DNA of 63,970 nucleotides, counting the filler, from Dirinaria sp. TL-2023a (lineage: Eukaryota), in assembly GCA_051941275.1 (NCBI GenBank). It is 42 parts of 42 records of this genome, joined end to end, with 100 filler letters (N's around TTAATTAATTAA, not from the genome) between each part and the next. Parts side by side here need not be neighbours in the genome. Positions count along the whole stretch, not along the records: positions 50,612 to 52,012 come from JAVEBF010002748.1; positions 52,113 to 53,512 come from JAVEBF010002749.1; positions 53,613 to 55,010 come from JAVEBF010002750.1; positions 55,111 to 56,507 come from JAVEBF010002751.1; positions 56,608 to 58,001 come from JAVEBF010002752.1; positions 58,102 to 59,495 come from JAVEBF010002753.1; positions 59,596 to 60,988 come from JAVEBF010002754.1; positions 61,089 to 62,480 come from JAVEBF010002755.1; 34 more parts are not named here. One strand, given 5' to 3'. This document shows positions 51,164 to 63,584 of the stretch, piece after piece (position 1 is the first letter of the stretch; each line of letters begins with the position of its first letter). Made by a program: the position numbers and the translations under genes. Below the pieces are notes generated by a model. It was not told where the DNA came from. It saw only the letters and a program-made list of their open reading frames with translations, and did not search any database.

Positions 51164-51872
51164 AATATGAAATTTCGTTCATCGATGTTTTAGACAAAAA
51201 ACTGAGTCAACAATACGTGAGCTCATTTAAAATAATAGAACGCATCGAACAATTTGTTTATCTATTGAATTTATTTAAAAATTGACGCATACACTCTGTG
51301 ATTATCATAACTCAACTGAAATCTTTTTTCAAATCGATCGATTTATACAATAGATCGCGTCTCGATTATTCAGATTTCGTTTTCGTCGAAAACGATATCG
51401 AGAACGTTAAATTTTATGAGATAAAGCGCATAATACGTTATCGTATTATCAAACGTCGCGATATCGAGTATTTAGTTCGATGAAAGAGATACGATTCGAA
51501 ATTTGATAATTGACGAAATGATTCGAAAATGAAGAATGCGCGGAATCTGATTAAAAAATATGAACGAAGAAATGTCTCGACGATCAATTAGTCGCAGCAC
51601 GTTAACGATGCGCAGAACATGATCGTTACAACGATTCTCGATAACGCGAAAAAAATAGCGTTCGTCGTTGAGCAACAGAACAACATGTCATTTATTTCAT
51701 GTGACACGATGCTGCGCGAATTTCGCGTAATTCTTTCAAATCGAAATATTAAGAGATCGCGAACTCTTATCGTCGGCAACTCTGAATCGTCGCGTCGATC
51801 GACGAGACTATTGTTGAAGAACGATCGAGCTACATGACACTTCGTTGAAGAACGATCGAACTATATGGCATC
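51164..51872 (+). mobile_element. Decayed family B integrase end plus chromodomain
   Basis: YEIS..KKLSQQYVSSFKIIERIE (from YVGPFKI)..FYEIKRII..EYLVR*KRYDSKF; homologous to 29394-29900. Confidence 0.88.
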
Positions 51873-52012
51873 TGTTAGGACCGGTGCAGAGCAAGTCAAT
51901 GCAGGTATAGTTAACTAAGATATTATCACTAAGGAAGGAAAGAAGAAGAAGAGAAGCTAGATACAATGGGGGTCCCAGATATATACGCGTGCGGGTGTCG
52001 CGTACCCCGATC
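51873..52012 (-). repeat. Partial LTR, family C
   Basis: Reverse complement of the end of 37509-37725. Confidence 0.85.
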
Positions 52013-53162
52013 NNNNNNNNNNNNNNNNNNNNNNNNNNNNNNNNNNNNNNNNNNNNTTAATTAATTAANNNNNNNNNNNNNNNNNNNNNNNNNNNNNNNN
52101 NNNNNNNNNNNNACGCTGCAAACGTCGCTCGTGATTTTTTGCAGTGCTTTCCTAGTCACGTTCTTCGGGCAAGATTGGTCGAACCCGGCGGGGCGATAGC
52201 CTGGCACAAGCAAGACTTCAAGCCAGCCTACAAAATCGAGACCGTCTAGGACTTCTCGACCATGCGCCGAGCGTTCGGCTTCGCGGTGCCTTCTGACATC
52301 GTCGTCGGCACGATAACCGATTACAGATAGCCTCAAAGCAGTCGAATATAAGTAACATACAAGTAATTAACCAATCACTTTACTGTGCAATCGTCTTCAT
52401 GATGAACGCTGTAATGACCAAGTATATCACACTGAATACAAGTGCATTCAAATACCTCGGGCCTCCTTCGAGAGGGCGTAGGATTGCTACATTGGCTTCT
52501 CTATTTCCGATCGCACGGCATTTCTCTCATTGCGCTAGATACCGCTATTCTCCGATTAAACAGCCATGGATGTTGGTTTGGGGGTGTTGAACAGGCTTTG
52601 AAAATCCGAGGGATTGGGTGACATCTACCTTAGTCACCACTACCCAAGGAGCCGCCATCTCAGGTACCTCTTCAGCTCGAGCTCAGTAGTTAGAGTGGCG
52701 GCATGCGCCTAGTGGTTAGAGTTACCTACTTGGACCTGCGAAGGTTTCAGAAAATGCGAAACGACCAATCCCCAACTCCATTCCCCCTGCATTTCTTTAG
52801 CTTCCCCGTTGTGCCAGCACACCCAGACCACCCAGACAACCCAGACAACCCAGAACACCGTCCCGCACTTCACCCCTTTTGCCCACATATCCACCCTATC
52901 CCCAAGCTTTGCTGGATGCTGCTTGACCCTCACACGGACAAGCTTCATTCGGCTCTCTCGGTACTACTGCAGAAGCTGCATCGCCCGCTGGTGGACCGTA
53001 CGCGTGAATCCACTGAGGCACCTGCTCGACTTTCTCGTGATTTCTGCCCAGTGTCCACTACCGATCCCAACCGTTGATGCCCTGCTCTTCAACCGCGCAA
53101 TTGGCTGAACAACACGCCCAATCTTCCATCCAAATGAAAGATCTGCAGAGACATCTGTCAAG

Positions 53163-53512
53163 ATGATGATCAATCGCAAAGATACCCCAGCGCCGTTCAT
53201 GCAGCGCGCAAACCATCCCCCTCCCCTGGACTTGGGGATTAAAAGCACATCAGCCCACGCATCCTCCAAAGACCCTCCTCCGCAGACACCGCCCTACCGA
53301 GTTCGTACGAAGGGGAGTCGTGCATCCAAGGTGCATAAGGCGCGACCGACCCCGCGCGAGAAATATATGGAAGGTCTCACAGATGGCAATCAAAGGCATG
53401 CAAGGGGTGCCAGTGGAAATGAGCCTCCGCACGAGAGGATATCACATGATCTGTCGCTGACAGACAACCCTCGATATTCGGTGGTGGACAACATGCTCAA
53501 TTCGCTCAACCC
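53163..53512 (+). CDS. N-terminus of a probable Rho GEF (Gef1-like)
   Basis: HDLSL..SVVDNMLNSL block recalled from fungal DH-BAR GEFs; the DH domain is not in the contig. Confidence 0.4.
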
Positions 53513-54097
53513 NNNNNNNNNNNNNNNNNNNNNNNNNNNNNNNNNNNNNNNNNNNNTTAATTAATTAANNNNNNNNNNNNNNNNNNNNNNNNNNNNNNNN
53601 NNNNNNNNNNNNCCCGTAACCTCTAAGAAGAATTCAATAGCTCAAGAACATAAAAAGAGAAGGAAAAAAAGGGGGGGTTGAATAAATCTACCTAAAGCAA
53701 TTCGAAACCGGACACTTTCTTTTCGAGTTCAAAAATTTTTAAAGGATGGGGAATTCATCGTGGTTTAGAGTTTTGATGCGATATGTACTCATACTTAATG
53801 AGTAAGAGCAAGAAAAGGAATATTGAATAGTGGTGAGATGGATGAGACCTTCACAAGGAGGGCATGCATGAGTGAATGGATGGATGTTTAGGAGTGGGGT
53901 GGGAAGGGGGAGATTGAGATTGAAAGGAAATTTTTGTTGCTTCGGACTGGAGGAATATACCCGCATTGCTAGTTCATAGAAGGAAAAATGATGTATATAC
54001 TCAATGAAAGCCGCGGCGCGGGGTTCTATCATGTACGAGTACGCTGAATTATCCAAGGGAAAACACCAAAAAAGGAAGGGGGCTCTCTAAGCCGTAT

Positions 54098-55010
54098 TTA
54101 CTCCTCAACCCTAACACAAATCTTGCCTCTCGCCCTGCCCGTCTTCAACTTCGCGTACGCCTCCCTGGCGCCCTGCAGGTCGAAAACGGAATCAATGACC
54201 ACCTTCACACGTCCCTGCTGGACCCACGCCCCTAGGGCCTCGAAATCCGCCCGCTTGTTCTGCACGCCCAAGATCACGTACTTGTGTTTCCCGCCGCCCA
54301 GCTGCGTGGGCCAGAACATGCGGCTCAGGAACATCCACAGGGTACCCATCGCCACCGAGCCGCCGATTTGGATGAACCGGCCTCCTTCTTTCAGGAAGTG
54401 GTCGGCGGCGTTGTAGAGCGTGGAAGGGGAGCCGACGTTGTCGACCACGAGGGCGAAGACGGGGCCTTTGGATCGCAGGGCTTTGATGATGTCGGTGGTT
54501 TTGTAGTCGAGGACCTCGTCGGCGCCGAGGTCCTTGCACAGCTGCACGTTGGTCGTGGAGCAGGTGGTGGTGACGGTGCAGCCGAGCGCTTTGGCGATTT
54601 GGATCTCGAACGTGCCTGTCCCGCCGGACCCGCCGTGGATGAAGACGTGGTCGCCTGCGCGGACGAAGGGGACGAGAGTTTGGTACGCGGTGAGGCCTGC
54701 GGTGCCGATCCCCGCCGCGTGGTTATGGTCGACACCGGGGGGCAAGGGCGCGGCGCCCTCTTCCGGAGCGAAAATGTATTGGCCCAACGTCCCGAACTTG
54801 GTGGGCATCTCCAGGCGGCCGAAGACCAGCTGGCCTGGTTTGAGGGAAGAGGAAGGGCCGACGATGGCGACCCGGCCGCAGTAGTCAATGCCTGGGGATG
54901 AGGGTCTGTACACTGAGATGCGCCCGATGAACGGCACTTCGGGGAGTTTGTAGTCGACTGGGTTGAGAGACATGGAGATCACTTCGACGAGGAGGTGGTT
55001 AGGCGGAAGC
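54098..55010 (-). CDS. Zinc-independent MDR oxidoreductase (RTN4IP1/Yim1/quinone-reductase-like), 5'-truncated
   Basis: SLNPVDYK..PGIDYCG..AGLTAYQTL..VFIHGGSGGTG..LGADEVLDY..GRARGKI. Confidence 0.93.
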
Positions 55011-55669
55011 NNNNNNNNNNNNNNNNNNNNNNNNNNNNNNNNNNNNNNNNNNNNTTAATTAATTAANNNNNNNNNNNNNNNNNNNNNNNNNNNNNNNNNN
55101 NNNNNNNNNNAGTCTATACAGCACATAGAATCTCACAATAGAGAATAATTCAATCTACGTAGAGAACTGCAGGCATGGGCGCAAATTTCACTACTATCCA
55201 ACATTTTCTTTCGTTTCCGGATTGACTAGACATTGAGATTGACAAGGTGAATGAATATCGAGTCCTACTTGGTCAAACGGTTGCGAGTGAAGCCAGCAAG
55301 TAAAGGCTGTTCACCAGCCCTTGATACCTTTGCAATCTGCCCTTTCCATCCACATTTTATAAAGTAAAGTAGAGTGTTCCTGAGTTTCTTTGTCGGTTTT
55401 ATGTTCGACCGATACCTTGTCGGATATACTTTATACCGACCCGTCCATGCACTGAAAAGGATCATTTCACTTTGAATGACACGCTAAAAGTGGTGAAGAG
55501 CGACGGGCGGCCTTATAAATGCTATCAAACACTGCTTGTCAATTCTTTATCGCACAGCACCCATCCCCATACCCTCTCTGCTGCTAAAGCCCACCGCTGC
55601 AAGCTCTCTGTTGAAGCGTCGACTATCTCAATTCTTACTCTACAATTTCTACAGTCTTCTCCTTTCATC

Positions 55670-56390
55670 ATGGCACCAGCTGTCACTGTTGACACCACTG
55701 CTTCAGACTTCATGTCTCCAGCGACCAAATCCGCTCCAACGCCACGCACCCTCCTCTTGTCACCACCATCCTTATCCTCCCACCCCGAGCGTCTGGAGGA
55801 GGTCCGTGCAGCTCACCATCGCGATACAACAGACATCCAGATGCTCGACCGCCTATCCCTGAACCTCGTCTCCCTCCCCGAAGAAACCTATGACATAATC
55901 ATGATCCTCATCGACGCCGATCAAACCCGCACAGAGTCAAAGAACCTTCTCTCCAACCAGCTCCTCTCCACCCTCGTCAAGTCACTGAAAGCTGGTGGAC
56001 GCCTGCAGAGCCAAGATGGAACCTTTGCTTCGGCCCAAGATTCCAACGAATACCGAGAAGCAATTTTTGCCGGTCTGACCGACCGCGATGGGGTGATGAC
56101 GAAGCCAGAGTATGCGTCGAGCGAAGCAGTGCCCCTCCGCTTGGGCAAGAGGAAGACCGAGGGCGGAGCATCCGCCACCACAAGCGCAGCGGGGACGGGC
56201 GCTGTCTCGCTCAACATTAGCGGGAAGAGGAAGAACGGCCCTGCGGAGGCTACGCAGCCTGCAGGCGTTGGCTTTGTAGATTTCAGCGACGATTTTGACG
56301 CGCCGGTTGTGGACGATGATGGTGAGGATGATCTAATTGACGAGGACACGCTCCTGAGCGAGGATGATTTGGCAAAGCCAATCGTGCAGC
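55670..56390 (+). CDS. DRE2: Fe-S cluster assembly protein Dre2, first exon
   Basis: RTLLLSPPSLSSHPE..DIQMLDRL..EAIFAGL..PAGVGFVDFSDD..LIDEDTLLSEDDLAKPIVQ, then a GTAAGC donor at 56391. Confidence 0.95.
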
Positions 56391-56607
56391 GTAAGCCCCT
56401 TACCTTTCCTGATCTCTCTTCTCTCAGTCTTCTGACTTCTCGCCCCTGCCTTGCCCTTCCATATCCTATCCTCCCCTTTCTCGCTCCCCAATTGAACCTC
56501 ATCCTCANNNNNNNNNNNNNNNNNNNNNNNNNNNNNNNNNNNNNNNNNNNNTTAATTAATTAANNNNNNNNNNNNNNNNNNNNNNNNNNNNNNNNNNNNN
56601 NNNNNNN

Positions 56608-57435
56608 GCATGGCGCCCCGCACCCAGCGCCTCAAACATGGCATGGTGGAGTCGGAGCACGCAGTACGTAAAACAGGAGCTGCGGTATGCGATTGAGATC
56701 GAGGTACGGTCCCTGGAAGAAGAGGAGGAGAGGGATTATGAGCTCGCGTACCGCGATCTGAGGAGCACGAGAATGGTGGAAGAGGAGGTTCATGGGGGGA
56801 AGATGGATTTGGAGAGTATGTGCGGATTTTTTTTTCTTTTTGCGGTGAATGGTGATGATGATGATGATGAATGCTGGACTTATTCATGCTGAACGCGATA
56901 CATATATATATCTTTTTGGGATTTTATATTCGTGGTGCTTTTGGATTTTGTTTATTTTCTTGCTCCACGTCCAAACATCCTAATCAAACCTCCCCCTCCC
57001 ATCTCAAGGGCCTGTTAAAAAATAAAATAAATAGGGAATTATCACCGCGGCTATTCCGACATCCACCGCGCCGCAGACCAAGACCGTGCGTATCACGATC
57101 AAGAACGCCGACGAAGACAGCAGCAAGAACATGTCTATCATGATCAGCAGCGTCGAGCGTATGTGCACGAACAGATCTATTATAACAATCAGCAGAATCA
57201 GCGCCATCGAGGAGATATGCAAGACCGTGGTAGCAGCTCGCGAACAGTGCGGTATGAGTATTACGAGTATTACGAGGGGTATGCTGAACGAGATGAATTT
57301 GGTTCTAGGTGTGTGAAGGAACAGGAGCGCGTATGGTATGAAAAGGAGGAGGAGCGGAGATATGATCAGGACCCTGGGTCCAGCGGACGGCGCCATTATC
57401 AAGGTCACCGTTACGGAGGGTTTCATCATGGATAG
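56608..57435 (+). CDS. Hypothetical low-complexity (E/R/Q/Y-rich) protein, probable 3' exons
   Basis: Two open segments separated by a GTATGT..AG intron-like region; no family recognised. Confidence 0.35.
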
Positions 57436-58152
57436 AGAAGTCACGACCACAGATATCGTTATCACGATCAAGATTGACTTCGTTGTGTGCTTACCTATGT
57501 AATTTAGGTTTGGTTCTTGAGGGGTTTTGGCGGGGAGATGAGATCAGTAGGGTGGAGCGTTGAAGAAGAGTGGAGGAACTATTGAAGGGGCGCATGTTGC
57601 AGTTTGCGAGAGCCATTTTTTGTGTCATTGGTCTAATAGGGTGAGGTGCTTCTTTGCTTTTTTCTTAGCCAAAAGCCGGAGTCATCGAGTACGCAACGAT
57701 GAGTTGGTCGTCTGTCTTGAAACACTGTAGATTTGTCATCCTCAGCCATCACTATTTTCAGGCCCCCTTTCACCCTTTCACTCGAGAAACATCTATCGTT
57801 GAGTGGAGTAGTAGAAGATAGTGCTAAGCTCATCTTCGAAGGGAAAAAAAAGAGAAGAAAAAAACTGGACATAAGAGAAAGCTAAACCCCCAAAAAAGAA
57901 AGAAAAACAAAAAAAAAGGAGAAAATGTCACGAACCAAAACCCCCAAGGAAAAGGAAAAGAAAAACTCACCCTCCACAAAGCCCCCACCCCCTCATCCAA
58001 CNNNNNNNNNNNNNNNNNNNNNNNNNNNNNNNNNNNNNNNNNNNNTTAATTAATTAANNNNNNNNNNNNNNNNNNNNNNNNNNNNNNNNNNNNNNNNNNN
58101 NAGATTTGACGACAAACAATATCGAGAAAGCATAAGAAGCATAACTCGAACT

Positions 58153-58285
58153 TGTCAAAGACCCAACCTTGGTTAGATAGGTTTTCCAATGGTAAAAGTC
58201 CCGGCAGCGCCAAAAGACTAACTAAACCAAGTCAAAGAACTTGATGCCTATCTTACTACTTGGTTTTGTTTCCAGGGTTGTAACA
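58153..58285 (-). repeat. Very short (~130 bp) LTR, family F
   Basis: TGTTAC...TGACA; second copy at 62857-62986. Confidence 0.85.
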
Positions 58286-59430
58286 TGCGAAACGTCGTTT
58301 TTCATTCATCGCTCTGTTTAATGCGTATTCGATAATAGACATCTTTAAGATCTAATTTTGTAAATGCTTTAGCTTCACTCAGACGATTCAGTGTCTTAGT
58401 TATAAGAGATAAGAAATGACGATTTTTAATTGTAATCGCGTTTAGCTCTCTATAATTTACACATAATCGTAGTTCTTTATCTTTTTTAGATACAAAAAGA
58501 ATCGAAGCTTCTGTTGACGAAACGAAACGACGAATTCAGCTCTTTCTTAGAGCGTTCTTTAGATAGCGTCGCAGCTCAGTCAGCTCGATCTGAGAAAGAT
58601 TGTATAAAAGCATAAAGAGTGATTCTCGACTCTTCATTAAATCAATAACATAACTTTTCTGATTTTGTTCAGACAGAATCTCGACTTTCTCGTTATCAAA
58701 TTGATTTCGAAACTTCAACAGCTTTTTGAGCATTGAAAGTTTCGATTTCGATTGACTTGTCGTCGTCGTTACATCGACGCAAATCAGTGTATACACTCGT
58801 TGCTATCTCGTTAGATCTATGACAAAATTGACGAGTTCAAAGATTTCGAATTTTTCGAAGACAATTTTGAATCGTCAATTTGCTGTCTCTAGATTTAACA
58901 AAATACTCTGACTTGCAAGCATGAGCATGCTCAAAATCAAATCGAGATCGACAAAATCAACTGTATAAAACAGAGTAATACATTCGCGACTCTGTTCTCA
59001 AGAGTCAACTAGTTAGTAGATGAGTTCATAAACGTCATAGCAATAGCGGCTCTCTTCGTCTAGAAATCTCGACAGCGACAAGACGACGACTATCTGCGAT
59101 AAGTTTCACTGAATAACAAACGCGTTGTTAATCAAATCTAGCTTTGCTTCGAAATTCAGAAGAGCTTTAATTTGACGCTTATCTCTCTGAAATATCGCTC
59201 ATTTCTTAGTTACGATGAGGTCGATCGTCTCAACTGATCTTTTTTGCTTCGTTTCTGAGACGCTTGCGAAGCGTCGAAGTTTTTTAAATTCACGACGTCG
59301 TCTACGACAATGTCTAAATTTGAGAGTTTTGAACACGACTTACTTCAGCGTTCAAACTCGTCACAATTATAACAAGCGTCTGACTCTTTATTCGCAGAGT
59401 CATCGACGTTGCGACGTTTTTGATTCGATC
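58286..59430 (-). mobile_element. Decayed gypsy gag end, protease and RT
   Basis: LYNLSQIELTELRRYL..SILFVSKKDKELRLCVNYRELN (from APILFVPKKDGxLRLCVDYRGLN)..DE*KTTFR. Confidence 0.92.
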
Positions 59431-59495
59431 TGTAAGGTCGTATGCGCCGGTTACCCGCCGGCGCAGTACTTGTGTGAAAGACGTGGCAGTGTAAT
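59431..59495 (+). repeat. Partial LTR-like repeat, family D (least mutated copy)
   Basis: TGTAAGGTCGTATGCGCCGG...; abuts the gypsy gag region. Confidence 0.85.
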
Positions 59496-59665
59496 NNNNN
59501 NNNNNNNNNNNNNNNNNNNNNNNNNNNNNNNNNNNNNNNTTAATTAATTAANNNNNNNNNNNNNNNNNNNNNNNNNNNNNNNNNNNNNNNNNNNNATATA
59601 TATATATATATATCTACATATATATATAAGGACTCGAGGCGAGCCCTTTTAAGGGGGGAGATAGT

Positions 59666-59946
59666 TGTGACGGCCTCGCTGACGTCACACGGAGCTTCGT
59701 CTGCTTCGCGCAGCGAGGCAGATTTTGTCGCACTGAGTCTTCTATGCGATTGGAGCGCAAGCAGGATCACGTCAACCTCGTCAGCGTCGTCTTAGCAAGG
59801 TCTGGAGCGAAGTTAAACCTTGAAAGCTATGATAGCAAGGGGAAGCAAGGGTATTTGAGAGAGGCAGATCGCTCACTTCTTTCTCGCTCCTCAGTTATTA
59901 GTCTTAGCAATAGAAGCAATCTGCTACTCTGCAACTTCGCATCACA
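59666..59946 (+). repeat. Probable 3' LTR of another family
   Basis: Polypurine tract AAGGGGGGAGATAG followed by TGTGA...TCACA; the right boundary is uncertain. Confidence 0.6.
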
Positions 59947-61088
59947 CAGTCAATCGTCGTCCGCGTTCACGCGGTGTGCTTCCTGCTTCGTCTGTAGCTT
60001 CGCTTCAGCTACGCAGCTCCACTCAAACGAGGCCCTTCATCTCACATTTTCGTAGCCATGATAAACAGAAGAAACGCGTCGATGCTGCGTCAGCTAGCGA
60101 TAAACAATCAGTACATAGTTGTTTATCTTTCTCTTCTCTTTTCTTTTTTTCTTTTTTTTTCACTCATATTAACATCTCTAAACTCGTAAGTATACTGCTT
60201 TTAACATGTGCTTGATCTGCTAATTTTTGATCGCTGAGATCACAGCACAATATCATCAGTAAGTACATCTCAGTCTGTGTAATCTGAGATGATTTTGTCG
60301 CTGACGCGCGCGCTTCGGCGGCGCACATAGTCAGCATCATCACAATCATCAAGCTTTTTTTTTTTTTGTGTTATCATGCCGTCAATGTGATCAATTTGTA
60401 AACGCTAATGCCGCAATGACGCATGATCGAAATGCTGATGAATATAGAGAAGAAAGATCTCTCTTGCACCGCGTGCTTGGAAAAGCGCGACTGCACTCGA
60501 GATCTTGAACCGTGCGATTGATGCAAGAACTTGCGCCACGGTCAACGCCGATGTGTCAATGTAAGTTTTTTCTCTTGCGCTGTCGTTGCAGCGACGCATT
60601 TATCGCGCTGACATCACGGCGGCGCATGTTTCAGTTGATTGAAATTTCACGCTAATAGCATATAGTTCATCGCCGAACATCGTCTCGATGTAAAAGTCTG
60701 TCTGCGTCGCTTCGCTCGCTGACAACGCCACTCTACTTTCGCTCCACGGACGAAAGTAGTCAGACGAGTGAAGCGAATTCGTGCACTGTCTCGTCAGTGA
60801 CGGATGTCTCGTGGCTATACTTCAGCCACGACGAATATCGCATATCTGCGTATTCGTCATCTCGTTGACGAGATAAACGCGCTAAAAACGCAGCTGAGCG
60901 AAACTGAGAATCAGCTCGCTGATGCTCAGAATCAACTGACTGCGCGAACAGTCGCGATGTGAGAGAATGAGAAGGAGAACGAGAAGCTNNNNNNNNNNNN
61001 NNNNNNNNNNNNNNNNNNNNNNNNNNNNNNNNTTAATTAATTAANNNNNNNNNNNNNNNNNNNNNNNNNNNNNNNNNNNNNNNNNNNN

Positions 61089-61327
61089 ACGCTTATAGAG
61101 CATTGTGCCTACGAGCGCTCGTGACCCGCCAGCGCGGGGCTCGTCATGATGGGACAATGTTGACGCTCGCGGTTAAGTATAGGGGACCACCCACCCTTTC
61201 GGAGGGGGGTCCTTAGTTATTAGTTCTAGCAGGAACTATAGTACCAGGTAGCCGTATAACCTATTACACTGCCACGTCTTTCACATAAGTACTGCGCCGG
61301 CGGGTAACCGACGCATACGACCTTACA
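61089..61327 (-). repeat. Partial LTR-like repeat, family D, inserted in family A gag
   Basis: Matches 40275-40512. Confidence 0.85.
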
Positions 61328-62480
61328 CTCATGATTAACTTTTTTTTCTTTATTGACTTCATCATACACGTTTTTCAGTATCTCAAGAATCATCAGATGA
61401 TTCTGAAAATAAAACTTGTTCGCAATGCGATATGCGTTAATGTGAGTAATCGTCTCATCGTCAACGCGTTGCATAATATAAATCGCTTTAACATCTTTCG
61501 AAACGAAGTGATTCTCATTGAAAATTAACTTGTCGACTATTTTATTGAATCAATTCTCGTATATCGAGTTTTTGTCATCAATAAACATAGACGAATCAGA
61601 CATTTTGACTGATCGTTGTACATGCGTCTAACTGTTTATTTGAGAGACATGAGATATTTCGCTCTGCGATACTTCGCGTTGTGCGCGAGCGACAGCGAGC
61701 TCTGCAGTCAATCGTTCGTTTTCAACTCTCAATGAATTGACATTTTGAGATACTTCGCGTTGAGTACGAGCGACGACGAGTTTCGCATTCAATCGTTCAT
61801 TTTCGATTTTTAATTGATTATTTTTCTCATTCAGACGAGCATTCTCGTTCTTCGCACGATCGTGTCTGATCTGTAGTTTACTTCAATCGTTTCTTCATTT
61901 ATTGACTTTCTTTCGAGACTGATTATAACGATCTTGAGTCTCAATTACAATATCATTGATCTCGTCGCGCTTTTTAATTAGCTCATTTCAATCGTCGACG
62001 CAATGAAAAGCAGTGTCGCGTTTTAGACGACTCATTTTCATCGAGTTTAGCATCTCAATAGAACGTTTGTTTACTCAGAATTGTAACTGTGAGATCGTAT
62101 ATATATTCTTCGAGATACTTGCTTCTTCTGATTCTGCGAGAGCAGTATCTAACATCATCGATACGCGTCGTTTTTCTGTCTTTTTCAATAATCAAGTCAT
62201 ACGTTGCTAAGACGTCATTGTCAACTCATCTGAGAACTTCGATAACAGTTGTCGCGTCGACGTCTCTTCTTTTTTCTACTTCTGAGTCTGAGCATGTGCT
62301 TGCGTCTGTTGCGTCTGTGCGCTTGCGTTGACGTCTTTCATCATTGCTGATATCATCAATCAAATCGTATTTCTTTCTTTTTATCTCGCGAAACAACGAG
62401 AGCAAAGAGTAAGATGTGTAAACAACAATGTTCAGTTCAATTGTAGATAATAACACAAATGTTGTTGCGATTGTTTAAAA
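61328..62480 (-). mobile_element. Decayed gag/leader of family A
   Basis: Collinear with 43061-43860; no CC or GG seen on a manual scan. Confidence 0.85.
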
Positions 62481-62647
62481 NNNNNNNNNNNNNNNNNNNN
62501 NNNNNNNNNNNNNNNNNNNNNNNNTTAATTAATTAANNNNNNNNNNNNNNNNNNNNNNNNNNNNNNNNNNNNNNNNNNNNGGTTATACTTCGAAAGAACC
62601 TTATTTTAATCGCAACAGGGACGTTGCTTATTGAAGGGGGAGGGTAA

Positions 62648-62852
62648 TGTCATGAACCTAGACCTGAAGCACCTTAGGTCAGGTCACATGATCAGGTCAC
62701 ATGATCAGACTCAGCGTTCTCTCGGACCGATATTGCTTCGGGTCCCTATTTGAGTCTTTCTGTAGATAGATTTTCTTTTCTTTTCTTTCTTATAGATAGT
62801 GTTCTAGTCTACTAGCACTCATATGTCATTGAGCGCTGTGCAGGTCCTGACA
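62648..62852 (+). repeat. 3' LTR, family E
   Basis: Polypurine tract GAAGGGGGAGGG followed by TGTCA...TGACA; second copy at 63585-63789. Confidence 0.9.
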
Positions 62853-62856
62853 TTAG

Positions 62857-62986
62857 TGTTACGATCCTGGAACACCTAAGTAGTAAGATAGGCATCAAGT
62901 CCCTTGACTTGGTTTAGTTAGTCTTTTGGCGCTGTCGGGACTTTTATCATTGAGAAATCTATCTAATCAAGGTTGGGTCTTTGACA
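62857..62986 (+). repeat. Short LTR, family F
   Basis: Reverse complement of 58153-58285. Confidence 0.85.
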
Positions 62987-63239
62987 AGGGGGATCAAAAG
63001 TCAAACATCAAATACTTTCTTCGCGTCTCTCAACAAATCCTCTAGTCTCTCTTCTCACTCAAGCATCTTATTTTGATCTCTCTCTCATGATGAGTCGCTC
63101 GATGACTGTTATAGAGCTATTCTATTACAATTTCTCAATCAATAAGATATCAAGTTATTATACATTTAGTATTACAGAATCTTCGAGCAAGTCGACAATC
63201 GAGAAAACGAACTAGCTTCAATTTAAGCATGAGTCATCA

Positions 63240-63584
63240 TGTATCACAGCACAACGACTGAGAGTCGAGCAGCGTAGAGTCAAAAGAGAGATGTATCGAA
63301 AAAGAAAGATGACTTTAGTGAAGAAGACTCACGAGCTTGAGAAACTCTGCGATGTTGATATAGCTATCACAATCTGTCGAAATGATCGATGTTTCATCTA
63401 TCACTCAATGAATCGACAATCGTGATCGTCATCAATGAAACAGATTGTATGTTCTATATCACTTTTTCTATCGATATACTAACATTAAGAAGAAAATCTC
63501 GAGACATGAAAAACCTCGAAACTTTGATGTCAAGAACTCATCGACGATAAGATCAGACACGTCAGACACGTCAAAGCGTCGAAT
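63240..63584 (+). pseudogene. MADS-box (SRF-type) transcription-factor relic
   Basis: YRKRKMTLVKKTHELEKLCDVDIAITICRNDRCFIYHSMNRQS*SSSMKQI, then an intron GTATGT..ACTAAC..AG (63447-~63490); truncated by LTR E. Confidence 0.8.

Noticed and set aside
55472..56563. 363-aa ORF as the full Dre2 protein
   Set aside because: The likely start is ATG 55670, and the ORF tail reads through an intron beginning at 56391.
1468..62580. Regularly spaced TTAATTAATTAA palindrome resembling a repeat array
   Set aside because: Always flanked by 44 Ns on each side and separating size-sorted contigs, so it is an assembly concatenation linker. ORFs ending in X..LIN are artefacts.
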